From positions 475-64,474 of the forward strand of contig JAQBHG010000036.1 in NCBI GenBank assembly GCA_032127975.1: a stretch of DNA of 64,000 nucleotides, written 5' to 3'. The translations under genes were made by a program, and so were the position numbers. Position 1 is the stretch's first letter; the number at the start of each line of letters is the position of its first letter. Below, piece by piece: positions 13,060 to 25,580 of the stretch. Origin of the DNA: Steroidobacteraceae bacterium. Lineage in GTDB: Bacteria; Pseudomonadota; Gammaproteobacteria; Steroidobacterales; Steroidobacteraceae. The notes under the pieces are model-generated. The model searched no databases. It was given only the letters and a program-made list of their open reading frames with translations, and was not told where the DNA came from.

Positions 13060-14320
13060 GCCCGCGGGCTCCAGTCTGGCTGCGCGATTTCCACAGCAGC
13101 AACGCGCCGCCCGCGAACAGCACGATGACCGAGAGGATCCCGGCGCGCGAGCTGCCGGTCGCAAGTGCGGTGATGCCCACCAGCACCGGGCCGAGCACGG
13201 CCGCGAATTTTCCCATCATGTTGTAGAAACCGAAGAACTCGCCCTGCTTGCCCGTCGGCACCAGCGAGGCAAAGTAGGAGCGCGACAGCGACTGGATTCC
13301 ACCCTGTACCAGCCCGATGAGAACGGCGAGCAGGTAGAAATCGCCGATGCTGTCCATCCAGTAGGCGGCAACCGTGCCGCCGGAATACGCAGCGATCGCG
13401 ATGAAGATTCCATTGCGGGCACCGATGCGCGCGCCCAGCCAGCCAAAGCCGAGTGCGGCGGGAAATGCCACGAACTGCGTGACCAGCAGCGCCGTGATAA
13501 GGCTTTGCTGCGGGAAGCCCAGCGACAGGCCGAAGTCCACGGCCATCTTGATGATGGTGTTGACCCCGTCGATGTACAGCCAGTAGGCCAGCAGGAACCA
13601 CACGAGCGGTCGCAACTGGCGGATTGCGCCGATGGTCGCGCGCAATTCGCTCCAGCCCGCGCGGGCCGCGGCCAGCAGCGGCAGCGGCCGCGCCGGCTTC
13701 TGCTCGCGCACCCATAGCAGGCACGGGATCGAGAACAGCAGCCACCAGCCGGCCACCAGCGGATACGACAGCCGCACCGCCTCGGCGGGACCAGCGAGCC
13801 CGAACGCGCCTGGACTCGAGACCATCGCGGCATTCAACAGCAGCATCAGCCCGCCGCCGGCATATCCCAGCGAGTAGCCGTAGGACGAAACGAGGTCGTA
13901 CTCCGGCGCTTCCGCAACGTCCACGAGCAGGGCGTCGTTAAATGTCACGCCCCCGGCAAACCCGATTCCGGCAGCTGCATACACGAGCGCAGCCGCGACC
14001 CAGTCGCCCTGCTGGACCCAGTAGAGACCGGCGGTCATTGCAGCACCCACCAGGGTGAAGAATGCGAGCATGCGCAGCCGCGCCCCGCCGCGATCGGCCA
14101 TCGCGCCGAGCAGCGGGGCCAGCAGCGCGATCAGGAAGCTGCCAATGCCATTGGCGAGACCGAGGCGAAATGTGCTGACCGTGGCCTCGACATCCACGCT
14201 CCAGTACTGCTTGAAGTATATCGGGAAGAATGCCGCCATCACGGTCGTCGCGAACGCCGAGTTGGCCCAGTCGTACAGTGCCCAGGCCACCACCGGGCGT
14301 CTTGTGAGCACGCGGCTCAC
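13049..14320 (-). CDS. MFS transporter, UMF1 family
   Basis: N-terminus [17 protein letters not shown] is typical of UMF1. About 12 hydrophobic segments. Confidence 0.8.
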   Translation of the reverse strand: MSRVLTRRPVVAWALYDWANSAFATTVMAAFFPIYFKQYWSVDVEATVSTFRLGLANGIGSFLIALLAPLLGAMADRGGARLRMLAFFTLVGAAMTAGLYWVQQGDWVAAALVYAAAGIGFAGGVTFNDALLVDVAEAPEYDLVSSYGYSLGYAGGGLMLLLNAAMVSSPGAFGLAGPAEAVRLSYPLVAGWWLLFSIPCLLWVREQKPARPLPLLAAARAGWSELRATIGAIRQLRPLVWFLLAYWLYIDGVNTIIKMAVDFGLSLGFPQQSLITALLVTQFVAFPAALGFGWLGARIGARNGIFIAIAAYSGGTVAAYWMDSIGDFYLLAVLIGLVQGGIQSLSRSYFASLVPTGKQGEFFGFYNMMGKFAAVLGPVLVGITALATGSSRAGILSVIVLFAGGALLLWKSRSQTGARGLKD

Positions 14321-15912
14321 GCAGCAGCCGCCAGGTGCTCGCGCGTCTCGCGGAATGAAACATCGGGCCAGCGCTCGACGGTCAGCTCGAGATTGATGCG
14401 GGTCGGCGCCAGATAGACCAGCAGGCCCGCGTGATCGATCGCCAGGTGCTCATGGCAGCGTTCCTGGAACAGCTTTTCCTTGCCGGGATCCTGGAAGTCG
14501 ATCCAGCGTGCGGTCGCGACATTGACCGGCTCGAATGTGCAGTTCACGCCGTATTCGTCGGCGAGCCGGAAAGCGACCACGTCGAATTGCAGCGGCCCGA
14601 TCGCGCCCAGGATCATGTCGTTGTTTCGCATCGGCCGGAACAGCTGGGTCGCGCCCTCCTCGCACAGCTGGTCGAGCCCTTTCTGCAACGCCTTCACACG
14701 CAGCGGATCCTTCAGCACGGCGCGGCGGAATATCTCGGGCGCAAAATTCGGGATGCCCGTGAATGTGAGCGGTTCGCCCTCGGTGAATGTGTCGCCGATA
14801 TTGATCGTGCCGTGGTTATGCAGGCCGATGATGTCGCCGGCCCAGGCCTCATCGGCCTGCTGCCTGTCAGCCGCCATGAAGGTCATCGCATCGCCGATGC
14901 GGACTTCCTTGCCGAGGCGCACGTGATGCAGCCGCATGCCGCGCTGGTAGCGCCCCGAGCAGATGCGCATGAAGGCGATGCGATCGCGATGGGCCGGATC
15001 CATGTTGGCCTGGATCTTGAAGACGAATCCAGTGAGCGCCGCTTCGTCGCCTTGCACCACGCGTGTCGTCGTCCGGCGCGCCCTGGGCGCAGGCGCATTC
15101 TCGACAAATGAGCCGAGCAGCTCCTCCACCCCGAAATTGCTGATCGCAGATCCGAAATGCACGGGTGTCTGCCTGCCGGCCAGGTACTCGGCGACCTCGA
15201 AGTGCGGCATTGCGCCGCGCACCAGCGCCGCCTCCTCCCGGTACGCCTGCGCGGAATCCCCGAGCAGCTCGCCCGCTTCGGCGCTCGCGAGCTCCTCGAT
15301 GGTCAGGTTCTTCCCGACGCGCCCGCTGCGCGCACCGCCATAGACATAGATCCTGTCCTGCGGGAAATGATAGATCCCGCGCAAATCGCGGCCCATTCCG
15401 ATCGGCCAGGTCACCGGCGCGCAGGTGATGCCGAGCACGCGCTCTATTTCGTCCAGGAGCTCGACCGGCGATCGCCCGTCGCGATCAAGCTTGTTGATGA
15501 ATGTCATGATCGGCGTGTCGCGCAGCCTGCAGACCTCCATCAGCTTGATCGTGCGTTCCTCGACGCCCTTGGCGCAGTCGATGACCATCAGCGCCGAATC
15601 GACCGCCGTCAGCGTTCGATAGGTGTCCTCGGAGAAATCCTCGTGCCCCGGCGTATCGAGCAGGTTGATGATGCGATCGCGGTACGGGAATTGCATGACG
15701 GACGAGGTGACCGAGATGCCGCGCTGCTGCTCCAGGCGCATCCAGTCGGATGTCGCATGCCGCGCCGCCTTGCGTCCCTTGACCGTACCGGCCATCTGGA
15801 TCGCGCCGCCGAACAGCAGCAGTTTTTCCGTCAGCGTGGTCTTGCCCGCATCCGGATGCGAGATAATCGCGAATGTGCGGCGGCGTGAAATCTCGTCGGA
15901 CAGGTCTGTCAT
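14317..15912 (-). CDS. prfC: peptide chain release factor 3
   Basis: [22 protein letters not shown] and DTPGHEDF GTPase motifs. 531 aa. Confidence 0.95.
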   Translation of the reverse strand: MTDLSDEISRRRTFAIISHPDAGKTTLTEKLLLFGGAIQMAGTVKGRKAARHATSDWMRLEQQRGISVTSSVMQFPYRDRIINLLDTPGHEDFSEDTYRTLTAVDSALMVIDCAKGVEERTIKLMEVCRLRDTPIMTFINKLDRDGRSPVELLDEIERVLGITCAPVTWPIGMGRDLRGIYHFPQDRIYVYGGARSGRVGKNLTIEELASAEAGELLGDSAQAYREEAALVRGAMPHFEVAEYLAGRQTPVHFGSAISNFGVEELLGSFVENAPAPRARRTTTRVVQGDEAALTGFVFKIQANMDPAHRDRIAFMRICSGRYQRGMRLHHVRLGKEVRIGDAMTFMAADRQQADEAWAGDIIGLHNHGTINIGDTFTEGEPLTFTGIPNFAPEIFRRAVLKDPLRVKALQKGLDQLCEEGATQLFRPMRNNDMILGAIGPLQFDVVAFRLADEYGVNCTFEPVNVATARWIDFQDPGKEKLFQERCHEHLAIDHAGLLVYLAPTRINLELTVERWPDVSFRETREHLAAAA

Positions 15913-16403
15913 CAGGGGTCGCGCAAGGCGCCGAGTTCGAGCCGGTAGACCATCGCGTCTTCGCGACCTTCATGCGCCTGGTAGTAGCCGCGCCTCTGGC
16001 CCACGCACTCGAATCCGATTTCGTGATACAGCGAAATGGCAGCCTTGTTCGAACGCCGCACCTCGAGGAATGCCTCGCGAATACCGCAATCACGCGCATG
16101 GCAGAGCACGTCCAGCAACAGCTCGCGCCCGATGCCGCGCCGGCGTATTGCCTGCTCCACGCAGAGATTCAGGACATGTGCCTCGCCGGCGCCCATCGAC
16201 AGCACCGAGTAACCGGCAACGCCGGCCGGCGTGTCGACGACCATGCAGTGGTAGCCGACCCGCAGGCAGTCGCTGAATATCTGGTCGCTCCACGGGAATG
16301 CATAGGACGCGCGCTCGAGAGCCGCGACCTGCACGAGGTCCGACTGTGTCATCGGCCGGAATCGCCACGCGAGCGCGGCGACCGAATCACGTGCCGTCGC
16401 CAC
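15912..16403 (-). CDS. rimI: ribosomal-protein-alanine N-acetyltransferase
   Basis: GNAT motif [13 protein letters not shown] and ERASYAFPW. The start could instead be the ATG at 16352. Confidence 0.75.
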   Translation of the reverse strand: MATARDSVAALAWRFRPMTQSDLVQVAALERASYAFPWSDQIFSDCLRVGYHCMVVDTPAGVAGYSVLSMGAGEAHVLNLCVEQAIRRRGIGRELLLDVLCHARDCGIREAFLEVRRSNKAAISLYHEIGFECVGQRRGYYQAHEGREDAMVYRLELGALRDP

Positions 16404-17082
16404 CGGCCATCACTCCCATTGCGAGCTTGAGGTCTTCCCAGGACTTGCGCTTCTCCGTCGGCGAGCGCAGCAGGTAGGCCGGATGATAGGTCACGACCAC
16501 CGGGATGCGGCCCAGCCGGTGGATCCGGCCGCGCAGGCGGCCAAGCGTGTCATCGCGTTCGAGCAGGCGCTGGGCTGCGATGCGGCCGACGCAAAGTATG
16601 ACCGCAGGGTCAATCAGCTCGATCTGGCGCCGCAGGTATGGCAGGCACTGCGCGACTTCATCGGCAGCGGGATCGCGATTATTCGGCGGGCGGCATTTCA
16701 GGACATTCGCGATGTAGACCTGCGGACGATCGAATCCTGCCGCCTTCAGCATCGAATTCAGGAGCTGGCCAGCGCGACCGACGAAGGGTTCGCCCTGGCG
16801 GTCCTCTTCCGCGCCTGGCGCCTCGCCAATGACCATCAGGCGCGCCTGCACATCACCGATTCCGAAAACAGTCTGCGTCCGTGTCGCGCAAAGCCCGCAC
16901 AGAGTGCACTCGCGCACCGTCGCGGCCAGCATTGCCCAGTCCATCGCGGCCGGGCCGGGCGCCGTGCGCTGAGCGGGTGCGCCGTCCGCATTGCGGCCGC
17001 GCGGCACGTAGGTGGTGACACCGAGGGCGTCCAGCAACGAGCTCCGCCTCGCATCCATCAGCTCAGCTTCCCCCGCCGGCAC
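16387..17082 (-). CDS. uracil-DNA glycosylase, family 4
   Basis: CxLC cluster ligands and the GEAPGAEEDRQGEPFVGRAGQLL motif. Confidence 0.85.
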   Translation of the reverse strand: MPAGEAELMDARRSSLLDALGVTTYVPRGRNADGAPAQRTAPGPAAMDWAMLAATVRECTLCGLCATRTQTVFGIGDVQARLMVIGEAPGAEEDRQGEPFVGRAGQLLNSMLKAAGFDRPQVYIANVLKCRPPNNRDPAADEVAQCLPYLRRQIELIDPAVILCVGRIAAQRLLERDDTLGRLRGRIHRLGRIPVVVTYHPAYLLRSPTEKRKSWEDLKLAMGVMAGGDGT

Positions 17083-17869
17083 CGCCGATGTTGCGCGGCC
17101 GCTTGCGGATCTTCAGCCATGTCCAGCCGATCGGGCCGGAGAGTGCGAAGCCACCGAACAGCACGAACAACACGACTGGCGGATCGATCGCGATCAACGC
17201 GATCACGAGTGGCACGAGCAGGAACCGGGAATAGCGGACCCGCTCGCCGGCCGCCCGGTCCTTGAAACTGCGATATGGGAACCGGCTGACCATCAGGATC
17301 GCCGCCAGCGCCGTGATGCTGAATGCGAGTATCAGACCGGGCTGGCCGGTCACGTCGAAGCCAAGCAGCCCGGTCGCCTCGTACTTCTGCGCGAGCCCGA
17401 CGAATGCCGCAACGACCGCCGCGGCGGACGGGCTCGGAAGGCCCTCGAAGTAGCGCTTGTCCTGCACCGCAGCGCGCGCGTTGAAGCGCGCGAGACGCAT
17501 CGCCGTGGCGGCGGCGAAAAAGAACGCGGCGATCCAGCCGAACCTGCCCCAGGCGGCGCCGTACTCCGAGATGCGGGCGACGCCCCACTGGTAGCAGACA
17601 ATCGAGGGCGCCACCCCGAATGCGACCATGTCGGCAAGGCTGTCGAACTCCTTGCCGAATACCGTCTCGGTGCCGGTCAGCCGCGCAACGCGCCCGTCCA
17701 GCCCGTCGAAGATCATCGCCACGAATATGGCGATCGCCGCACGCTCGAAGTTGCCGTCGATCGCAGCGACGATCGCGTAGAAGCCGCCGAACAGGCAAAG
17801 TGTCGTCAGCAGGTTCGGCAGCAGGTAAATGCCGCGCCGTGAGCGTATGTCGTTGAGGTCCACTTTCAT
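17063..17869 (-). CDS. pssA: CDP-diacylglycerol--serine O-phosphatidyltransferase
   Basis: CDP-alcohol phosphatidyltransferase motif DGLDGRVARLTGTETVFGKEFDSLAD. Start taken at MKVDLND; the longer ORF continues antisense into proS. Confidence 0.8.
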   Translation of the reverse strand: MKVDLNDIRSRRGIYLLPNLLTTLCLFGGFYAIVAAIDGNFERAAIAIFVAMIFDGLDGRVARLTGTETVFGKEFDSLADMVAFGVAPSIVCYQWGVARISEYGAAWGRFGWIAAFFFAAATAMRLARFNARAAVQDKRYFEGLPSPSAAAVVAAFVGLAQKYEATGLLGFDVTGQPGLILAFSITALAAILMVSRFPYRSFKDRAAGERVRYSRFLLVPLVIALIAIDPPVVLFVLFGGFALSGPIGWTWLKIRKRPRNIGGAGGGS

Positions 17870-17953
17870 GCTGATGCCGTGGCAAGGCTGGGGTTCAGCG
17901 CCTAAGATACCGCGCTTTGAGGCCGGCGACACTGGCCGCGCCAAGGGAGATTC

Positions 17954-19669
17954 ATGCGACTGTCCGCGTATCCGATCCAGAACCTGAAGGAAGTGCCGGC
18001 TGACGCCGAGGTGGTGAGCCACCAGCTGATGCTTCGTGCCGGGCTGATCCGGCGCGTCGCGGGCGGCCTGTACACATGGCTGCCCATGGGCCTGCGGGTT
18101 CTGCGCAAGGTCGAGCGCATCATCCGCGAGGAGATGGACCGTGCCGGCGCGTTCGAATTGTCGATGCCGGTCACCCAGCCCGCCGAGCTGTGGGTCGAGT
18201 CGGGACGCTGGGACGAGTTCGGTCCCGAGCTGTTGCGATTCAAGGATCGTCACGATCGCGACATGGTGCTCGGCCCCACGCACGAGGAAGTCATCACTGA
18301 CCACGCGCGCCGCGAGCTGAAGAGCTACCGGCAGCTGCCGGTCAACTTTTACCAGATCCAGACCAAGTTCCGCGATGAGATCCGCCCGCGTTTCGGTGTC
18401 ATGCGTGCGCGTGAATTCATCATGAAGGATGCCTACAGCTTCCACGCCGACGAGGCTTCGCTTGCCGACGGCTACCGCCGGATGTACGACGCCTATAGCG
18501 CGATCTTCACGCGCCTGAAACTGCGCTACCGCGCGGTTCACGCCGATACCGGTGCGATCGGTGGCAGCGCTTCGCAGGAATTCCACGTGCTGGCGGATTC
18601 CGGCGAGGATGCGATCGTGTTTTCGGATACGGGCGACTACGCGGCGAATCTCGAGCTCGCCGAGGCCCCGGCGCCACGCGAGCCACGCCCCGCTGCAGCG
18701 GCGAAGCTGGCGGAGGTAGCGACCCCGGGTGCGCGCACGATTGCCGAAGTGTCGAGGCTCCTGGGTGTGGCGCCGGCGCGCATGGTCAAGACGCTCGTGG
18801 TCGACGGTTCGGACGGCGGTCTCGTCGCCCTGCTGCTGCGCGGCGATCACGACCTGAACGCGCTCAAGGCGCAGAAACAGGAAGGTGTCGCGGCACCGCT
18901 CAGGATGGCCGATGCCGCGCGCATTGCATCACTCGCGGGTTGCGAGGCGGGCTTCCTGGGTCCCGTGGGCCTGCGCCTGCCGGTCATCGCGGACCATTCC
19001 GCCGTGACGCTCGCGGATTTTGTCTGCGGCGCCAACCGCGCGGATTCGCACCTGACCGGTGTCAACTGGGGCCGCGACCTGCCGGAGCCGGCGGTTGCGG
19101 ACCTGCGCAATGTCGTCGACGGCGATGCGGCCCCGGGCGGTCGCGGGCGGCTTTCGGTCGCGCGCGGCATCGAAGTCGGTCACATTTTCCAGCTCGGGTG
19201 CAAGTACAGCAAGGCGATGGGCGCTACCGTACTCGATGAACAGGGCAGGAACATTACCATGCACATGGGCTGCTACGGGATTGGCGTCACGCGCATAGTC
19301 GCGGCGGCGATCGAGCAGAATCACGACGAGCTGGGCATCGTCTGGCCTGCGCCGCTCGCGCCGTTTCAGGTCGTCCTCGTCGCACTCAACTGGCTGAAGT
19401 CGGAGCGCGTACGAGACGCAAGCGAACTCCTGTACCGGGACTTGATGCGGGCAGGCATCGAGGTGCTTCTCGACGACCGCGACGCACGCCCCGGGGTCAA
19501 GTTCGCCGATGCTGAACTGGCCGGCATTCCGCATCGCGTCGTCGTTTCCGAGCGCGGTCTCGACGCCGGCCGCCTCGAATACCGGCACCGGCGCGCGACC
19601 GAGAACGAGGAGATCCCGATGCCACAGGCCGTGGAATTCATCAGCTCCCGGATCGCGGCGGATCGCTGA
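17954..19669 (+). CDS. proS: proline--tRNA ligase
   Basis: 571 aa. Class II motifs and an editing-domain insertion. N-terminus [30 protein letters not shown]. Confidence 0.95.
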   Translation: MRLSAYPIQNLKEVPADAEVVSHQLMLRAGLIRRVAGGLYTWLPMGLRVLRKVERIIREEMDRAGAFELSMPVTQPAELWVESGRWDEFGPELLRFKDRHDRDMVLGPTHEEVITDHARRELKSYRQLPVNFYQIQTKFRDEIRPRFGVMRAREFIMKDAYSFHADEASLADGYRRMYDAYSAIFTRLKLRYRAVHADTGAIGGSASQEFHVLADSGEDAIVFSDTGDYAANLELAEAPAPREPRPAAAAKLAEVATPGARTIAEVSRLLGVAPARMVKTLVVDGSDGGLVALLLRGDHDLNALKAQKQEGVAAPLRMADAARIASLAGCEAGFLGPVGLRLPVIADHSAVTLADFVCGANRADSHLTGVNWGRDLPEPAVADLRNVVDGDAAPGGRGRLSVARGIEVGHIFQLGCKYSKAMGATVLDEQGRNITMHMGCYGIGVTRIVAAAIEQNHDELGIVWPAPLAPFQVVLVALNWLKSERVRDASELLYRDLMRAGIEVLLDDRDARPGVKFADAELAGIPHRVVVSERGLDAGRLEYRHRRATENEEIPMPQAVEFISSRIAADR

Positions 19670-19683
19670 GGCGCAGCCCGGCC

Positions 19684-20295
19684 ATGGCGCGGATCGCATT
19701 CCTGGCACCGCTCGCAATCGCCTGCATGGCGATCGCGCAGCCGTCGGTCGCGGACGGCCAGCGCGACCCGGGCCTGCGCCAGGTCATCGCCGCGGCGATC
19801 AGCGACAAGCCCTGTTTCGAGGACAAATACGACGACGTCGTCTGGTTCGCGGTGATGCAGCCGCGCGTCGAAAAGCGCCTGCGCCAGAAACCCGCAGACC
19901 TGCGTCTCGGCGACGACGTCGGCGCGGCCGCCCAGCGGATCCTGCGCTCCGTGCATTGTGAGTCGAGCAGGCAGTCAATGCTTCGCGACCGGCCGCAACT
20001 CGTGCTCGCGGTGATCGATGTCGAAAGTGCTTTCGATCCGTTTGCCGTTTCCTCCGCCGGCGCGGTCGGGATGATGCAGGTCATGCCGTTCTGGCCGCAG
20101 GAGCTCGGACTCACGAGACGCGACCTGCTGGATGTCGAGATGAACATCCGAATGGGCACGAGCATCCTCGCCTACTACCTCGAGCGCGAACGCGGCGACT
20201 ACCGGCGTGCGCTCGCGCGTTACAACGGCAGCCTGGGACGCCGGACCTATCCGGACCTCGTGCTGAGCCGCCTGAACTCGCGCTGGCAACGCTAG
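19684..20295 (+). CDS. lytic transglycosylase (SLT domain), secreted
   Basis: Signal peptide, catalytic VIDVESAFDP and GAVGMMQVMP. Confidence 0.8.
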   Translation: MARIAFLAPLAIACMAIAQPSVADGQRDPGLRQVIAAAISDKPCFEDKYDDVVWFAVMQPRVEKRLRQKPADLRLGDDVGAAAQRILRSVHCESSRQSMLRDRPQLVLAVIDVESAFDPFAVSSAGAVGMMQVMPFWPQELGLTRRDLLDVEMNIRMGTSILAYYLERERGDYRRALARYNGSLGRRTYPDLVLSRLNSRWQR

Positions 20296-20588
20296 CGTGT
20301 CGAGAATCCTGGCGGCCAATCCATTGTCGCCGGATTGATGATTTCGACCTCGACTGAAATGACCTGCGCCATCGGCGGGCCGGTATGCAGCCATTCGACC
20401 AGTTGATCGAGCGCGGCGATTTCACCTGCCGCGAGCACCAGCACACTGCCATCGGGCTCGTTACGCACCTGCCCGCGGATCGCGAGCAATCGCGAGCGCT
20501 CGGCCGCACTCGCGCGGAAGTACACTCCCTGCACGCGTCCCCTGACCCTGATGCGTCGCGCAGCCAGCGGAGTCGAGCTAGAATTCAC
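20292..20588 (-). CDS. acyP: acylphosphatase
   Basis: VRGRVQGVYFR motif. 98 aa. Confidence 0.85.
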   Translation of the reverse strand: MNSSSTPLAARRIRVRGRVQGVYFRASAAERSRLLAIRGQVRNEPDGSVLVLAAGEIAALDQLVEWLHTGPPMAQVISVEVEIINPATMDWPPGFSTR

Positions 20589-20634
20589 TGGTTGAACCGT
20601 CTGTAAGTATCTAAGACCGTTGATAAAAGTCTAG

Positions 20635-21592
<958 letters not shown>

Positions 21593-21596
<4 letters not shown>

Positions 21597-22315
21597 TCCG
21601 CGCGTTCGAGCACCTGCCGCACGAACGGAACAGTCAGCCGCCGCTGGGCAGCCAGCGCCTCTGTGTCGAGTTCATCGAGCAACCGGCACAGCGCGGCGAA
21701 GTCGCGCGGGGCCCTGCGCGTCAGGTATGAGAGCGTATCGTCCGGCAACTCGAGGCCACGGTGTGCGGCGCGGCGCCGCAAGGCAAGACCCTGGTCACTC
21801 TCCGCGAGCGGCTGCAGCGGGTGAACGACGCAGGCCGACATTCGCGAAGCCAGATCGGCGAGCGCAAAACCAACGCCCGCCGGCGGCAACTGCGCCGAGC
21901 AGGCAAGCCGGCCACCCGTTTCCAGGATTTCATTGTGGAGCGTGAAGAGCGCCTGCTCCCAGGCAGGCTGGCCTGCGATCGCATCGAGGTCGTCGAGCAC
22001 GACGAGATCCAGTTGCTCCAGGCCAGCCAGCAGGCCGGGAACCAGGTCCCCTGGCGTAGCCAGCGGCAGGTAGGCAGACGTCAGGCCGCGCTCTCCGGCG
22101 AAAGCGCAGCTCGCCTGCAGCAGGTGGGTCTTGCCGACGCCGGCGGGCCCCAGAATCCACAATGGCGCATGGCCTTTTTCCGCGACGAGCTCTGTGAGAG
22201 CGGCTACGACGGCACCATTCGGGCCTTCGTGGTAGGTCCCGAAGCGCATCGAAACGCCGAGCTGGACACCCAGTGGCAGTTGCCGCACGCGATCACACGG
22301 CGGGGCGGCGCGCAT
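21593..22315 (-). CDS. hda: DnaA regulatory inactivator Hda
   Basis: QLPLGV clamp-binding-like N-terminus and Walker A GPAGVGKTHLLQA. Start chosen at MRAAPP (22315); the ORF could extend to 22366. Confidence 0.75.
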
Positions 22316-22859
22316 GGCTGACCGCAATCGCCTTGCGCACGTAAATGCGGATGTAATCCACGCCACTGACGACGGTGGTCACGAAAACCATGACGCCCAG
22401 CGCGATGATCAGCCACTCCGGAACGGCGGGATAGGCCGCACGCCCGACGACTGCAATCACAAACAGCAGCTGGATCAGCGTATTCAGCTTGCTCGGCATG
22501 GTCGGGCGTCCCTCCACGGGTCCGAACATCTCCTTGTACACCCAGGCGCCGACTCCGATGATCACGTCGCGCCCGACCGCGACCGCGGCGAGCCACAGGG
22601 GAATGAGTCCAAGCCACGTCAGCGTGATGAATACGCTGACCAGCAGCAGCTTGTCCGCGACAGGGTCGAGCACCTTGCCGAGCTCCGTGGCCCAGTTGAA
22701 TGTCTTTGCCAGGTAACCGTCGAGCATGTCCGACACGGCGGCGATTCCGAACAGGACCAATGTCGCCCCGTAATGGCCCTCGGCGAGCAGCCACACGATT
22801 GGCACGGCGAGCGCCATGCGCATCACGCACAGGACATTCGGGACCGCGGCCAGGCTCAT
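22293..22859 (-). CDS. CDP-alcohol phosphatidyltransferase family protein
   Basis: Motif DMLDGYLAKTFNWATELGKVLDPVADK. Multi-TM. Confidence 0.8.
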   Translation of the reverse strand: MSLAAVPNVLCVMRMALAVPIVWLLAEGHYGATLVLFGIAAVSDMLDGYLAKTFNWATELGKVLDPVADKLLLVSVFITLTWLGLIPLWLAAVAVGRDVIIGVGAWVYKEMFGPVEGRPTMPSKLNTLIQLLFVIAVVGRAAYPAVPEWLIIALGVMVFVTTVVSGVDYIRIYVRKAIAVSHARRPAV

Positions 22860-23845
22860 GGTGCCAGCGCGAAGATCATCCGCGACTCGTCGACCGGCAC
22901 GAACCGGCTTTCGCGGCGGATCGCCTGCCGCAGCGCATCCGGATCACCGCGGACCGTCAACAGGAATGACACCGCGTCCGGCGCCACTTCGTCAACGGCA
23001 ACGCCGCGCACTAGCGGCAGCCGCCCCAGCGCGTTCAGCGCCGTCGCGTATGAATTAAGCGTGTCAATGCCGGTGACCGTCACGAGCTGCTCGATGCGCT
23101 GGCCGGCATTGCGCGACGCGTAGGCACTCGCATAACGGTCGGCCGCCAGATTCGCTCCTGATTCCAGGTCGCCTCTTGTCTCTGCGGACAGGCCGGCCGA
23201 CGAAAAGGTCCACTCGACATTCTGCTGTCCGGCCGCCGTCGTTACAGCACGCCCGATCAGCACTCCGTCCGCGCCGTAACGACGCGCCGCATTCACCAGC
23301 GATGCATGGTCACCCGACCAGGTCTGCTGCAGGCCGCGCCCGAGATCGTCGCCGGCACCCGGCCAGGCCAGCGGTATGCCGCGCCTGGCGGCGGCTCGCT
23401 CGACGCGTTGCTTGTCATCGCCGCTGGTTGAGGAAGAAATCAGGTTTCGCCTGCCGCCGCGATCGATCGCAAGCCAGACCAGCGTCAGCGGCCGGTCCGG
23501 CCCCCAGAATGCCAGGCCCGCGGCGTCTATCGAATTTTCGATCGTCGATCCGTCGAAGGACACGGCAAGCTGGTTGCCGGCCGCACGCCGGAAGCTCACG
23601 ACATGCCTGCCGGCGCTCGCGACCAGCGGTGCCAGGCTCTCGAGATCGGCGGCATCACCGCGGCCGGTGGCGCGGATCAGGATGTCGCGCATGGCGTCGC
23701 GAAATGCGGCCTGCTGCGCGGATTCGCCCTGGCCCGTGACCGGCACCGTCACGGTGTACATGTCGCCAATGGATGCCGCGTCGGCATGGGACGCAAGCGC
23801 GCCAATTGCCAGTGCAGCGAGCCAACTTCGCGTCCGGTTCATCAT
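22856..23845 (-). CDS. secreted DUF2066-like protein
   Basis: Signal peptide MMNRTRSWLAALAIGALASHADA. Conserved position divergent from purM. Confidence 0.6.
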   Translation of the reverse strand: MMNRTRSWLAALAIGALASHADAASIGDMYTVTVPVTGQGESAQQAAFRDAMRDILIRATGRGDAADLESLAPLVASAGRHVVSFRRAAGNQLAVSFDGSTIENSIDAAGLAFWGPDRPLTLVWLAIDRGGRRNLISSSTSGDDKQRVERAAARRGIPLAWPGAGDDLGRGLQQTWSGDHASLVNAARRYGADGVLIGRAVTTAAGQQNVEWTFSSAGLSAETRGDLESGANLAADRYASAYASRNAGQRIEQLVTVTGIDTLNSYATALNALGRLPLVRGVAVDEVAPDAVSFLLTVRGDPDALRQAIRRESRFVPVDESRMIFALAP

Positions 23846-23901
23846 TACAATAGTACACTGCCCGGCATACGGGCCCTCCCCTGCATGGCCCATCCGGACA
23901 G

Positions 23902-24930
23902 ATGACCTCACGCCCACCGCTGACATACCGGGACGCCGGCGTCGACATAGATGCCGGCGCGGCGCTGGTCGACAGGATCAAGCCCCACGTTGCGCGAACG
24001 CACCGGCCCGAAGTTCTCGCGGGTGTCGGCGGTTTTGGCGCAATGATCGAGTTGCCTGTCGGCCGCTGGCGGCAGCCTGTTCTCGTTGCCGGCACGGACG
24101 GTGTCGGCACCAAGCTGAGGCTCGCGATCGATACCGGCCGCCATGACGGAATCGGCCAGGACCTCGTCGCGATGTGCGCCAACGACGTCGTGGTGCAGGG
24201 CGCCGAGCCGCTGTTCTTCCTCGACTACTATGCGACCGGCCGCCTGTCCGTCGATGCCGCAGCGCGCGTCATCGCGGGCATTGCGTCGGGCTGCCAGCTG
24301 GCGGGCTGCGCCCTGGTCGGCGGCGAGACGGCGGAGATGCCCGGCATGTACGACGGCGAGGATTATGACCTCGCCGGCTTTTGCGTCGGTGTCGTGGAGA
24401 AAGACAGCATCCTGGACGGCAAGCGGACTCGGGCCGGAGATGCGGTCATCGGTCTCGCGTCTTCCGGGCCGCATTCCAACGGTTACTCACTGATCCGCCG
24501 GCTCATCGGGGAAACCGGGGCCGATGCCGATACCCGCATCGGCGGTGCGCGTCTCTTCGACCTGCTGCTGGAGCCGACCCGGATCTATGTGAAATCTCTG
24601 CTGCAACTGCTGCAGGCGGCCGACGTGCATGGGATCGCCCATATTACCGGTGGCGGCCTGACGGACAACATCCCGCGGGTGCTGCCGCAGGGTATCGGCG
24701 TGCGTCTCGATCCGCGCGCATGGCAGCGCGACGCGATCTGGCAATGGATCCAGCAGAGCGGCGCGATTGCCGACGCCGAAATGCACAGGACCTTCAATTG
24801 CGGCATCGGCATGGTCGTGCTTGTGCCGCCCGCGGCCGCCGATGCAGCCATCGCGCTCCTGAAGTCCTGCGGCGAGCACGCCGCGATCATCGGCGAAGCC
24901 ATTCCCGGTGAGGGCGTGCGGATCGGTTGA
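23902..24930 (+). CDS. purM: phosphoribosylformylglycinamidine cyclo-ligase
   Basis: [12 protein letters not shown]-terminus and DGVGTKL motif. Confidence 0.95.
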   Translation: MTSRPPLTYRDAGVDIDAGAALVDRIKPHVARTHRPEVLAGVGGFGAMIELPVGRWRQPVLVAGTDGVGTKLRLAIDTGRHDGIGQDLVAMCANDVVVQGAEPLFFLDYYATGRLSVDAAARVIAGIASGCQLAGCALVGGETAEMPGMYDGEDYDLAGFCVGVVEKDSILDGKRTRAGDAVIGLASSGPHSNGYSLIRRLIGETGADADTRIGGARLFDLLLEPTRIYVKSLLQLLQAADVHGIAHITGGGLTDNIPRVLPQGIGVRLDPRAWQRDAIWQWIQQSGAIADAEMHRTFNCGIGMVVLVPPAAADAAIALLKSCGEHAAIIGEAIPGEGVRIG

Positions 24931-25580
24931 TGCAAGGCGCGCTGCCATTCGCCGTGCTGATCTCCGGACGCGGCTCGAACATGCTTGCGCTGGCCAGGGC
25001 GGTGGACGAGGGCCTGATCGCGGGACGCGTGGCCGTCGTCATCAGCGACCAGCCGCAAGCCGCGGGGCTGGCTGAGGCACGCCGCCGGGGTCTCGCCGCA
25101 GAAGTCGTCGAAACCGCAGGCGGCACCGATCGAGCGGCACTCGGCCGCGCCCTGACTGCGATCCTGGAGCGGCACGACGCGAAACTCGTGGCGCTCGCAG
25201 GGTTCATGCGCATCCTCGATGCCGGATTCGTGCGGCACTGGCAGGGCCGGCTGTTGAATATCCACCCTTCCCTGCTGCCCGCCCACCGCGGCCTGCATAC
25301 GCACCGCAGGGTACTTGCGGCAGGCGACGCCCTGCACGGCTGTACCGTCCATTTTGTCATCGAGGAACTCGACGCCGGACCCGCGGTCATCCAGGGGCGG
25401 CTTGCCGTGAAGCCAGGCGACACCGAGGATTCCCTTTCAGCGCGCGTTCAGCAACTGGAACACATCATCTATCCGCGCGCGGTAGGCTGGTTCGCCGGCG
25501 GCCGCCTGGGCTGGAAAGATGGCGCGGCAATGCTCGACGGCCGGCCGCTCGCGACACCCGTCATCGAGGAATTGCAATGA
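24927..25580 (+). CDS. purN: phosphoribosylglycinamide formyltransferase
   Basis: [16 protein letters not shown] and HFV motifs. ATGA-type overlap with purM. Confidence 0.9.
   Translation: MMQGALPFAVLISGRGSNMLALARAVDEGLIAGRVAVVISDQPQAAGLAEARRRGLAAEVVETAGGTDRAALGRALTAILERHDAKLVALAGFMRILDAGFVRHWQGRLLNIHPSLLPAHRGLHTHRRVLAAGDALHGCTVHFVIEELDAGPAVIQGRLAVKPGDTEDSLSARVQQLEHIIYPRAVGWFAGGRLGWKDGAAMLDGRPLATPVIEELQ

Noticed and set aside
17870-18850. N-terminal extension of the pssA ORF (595-aa version)
   Set aside because: The extension runs antisense through proS and has no PssA-like sequence. The start at MKVDLND (17869) gives a normal 268-aa PssA.
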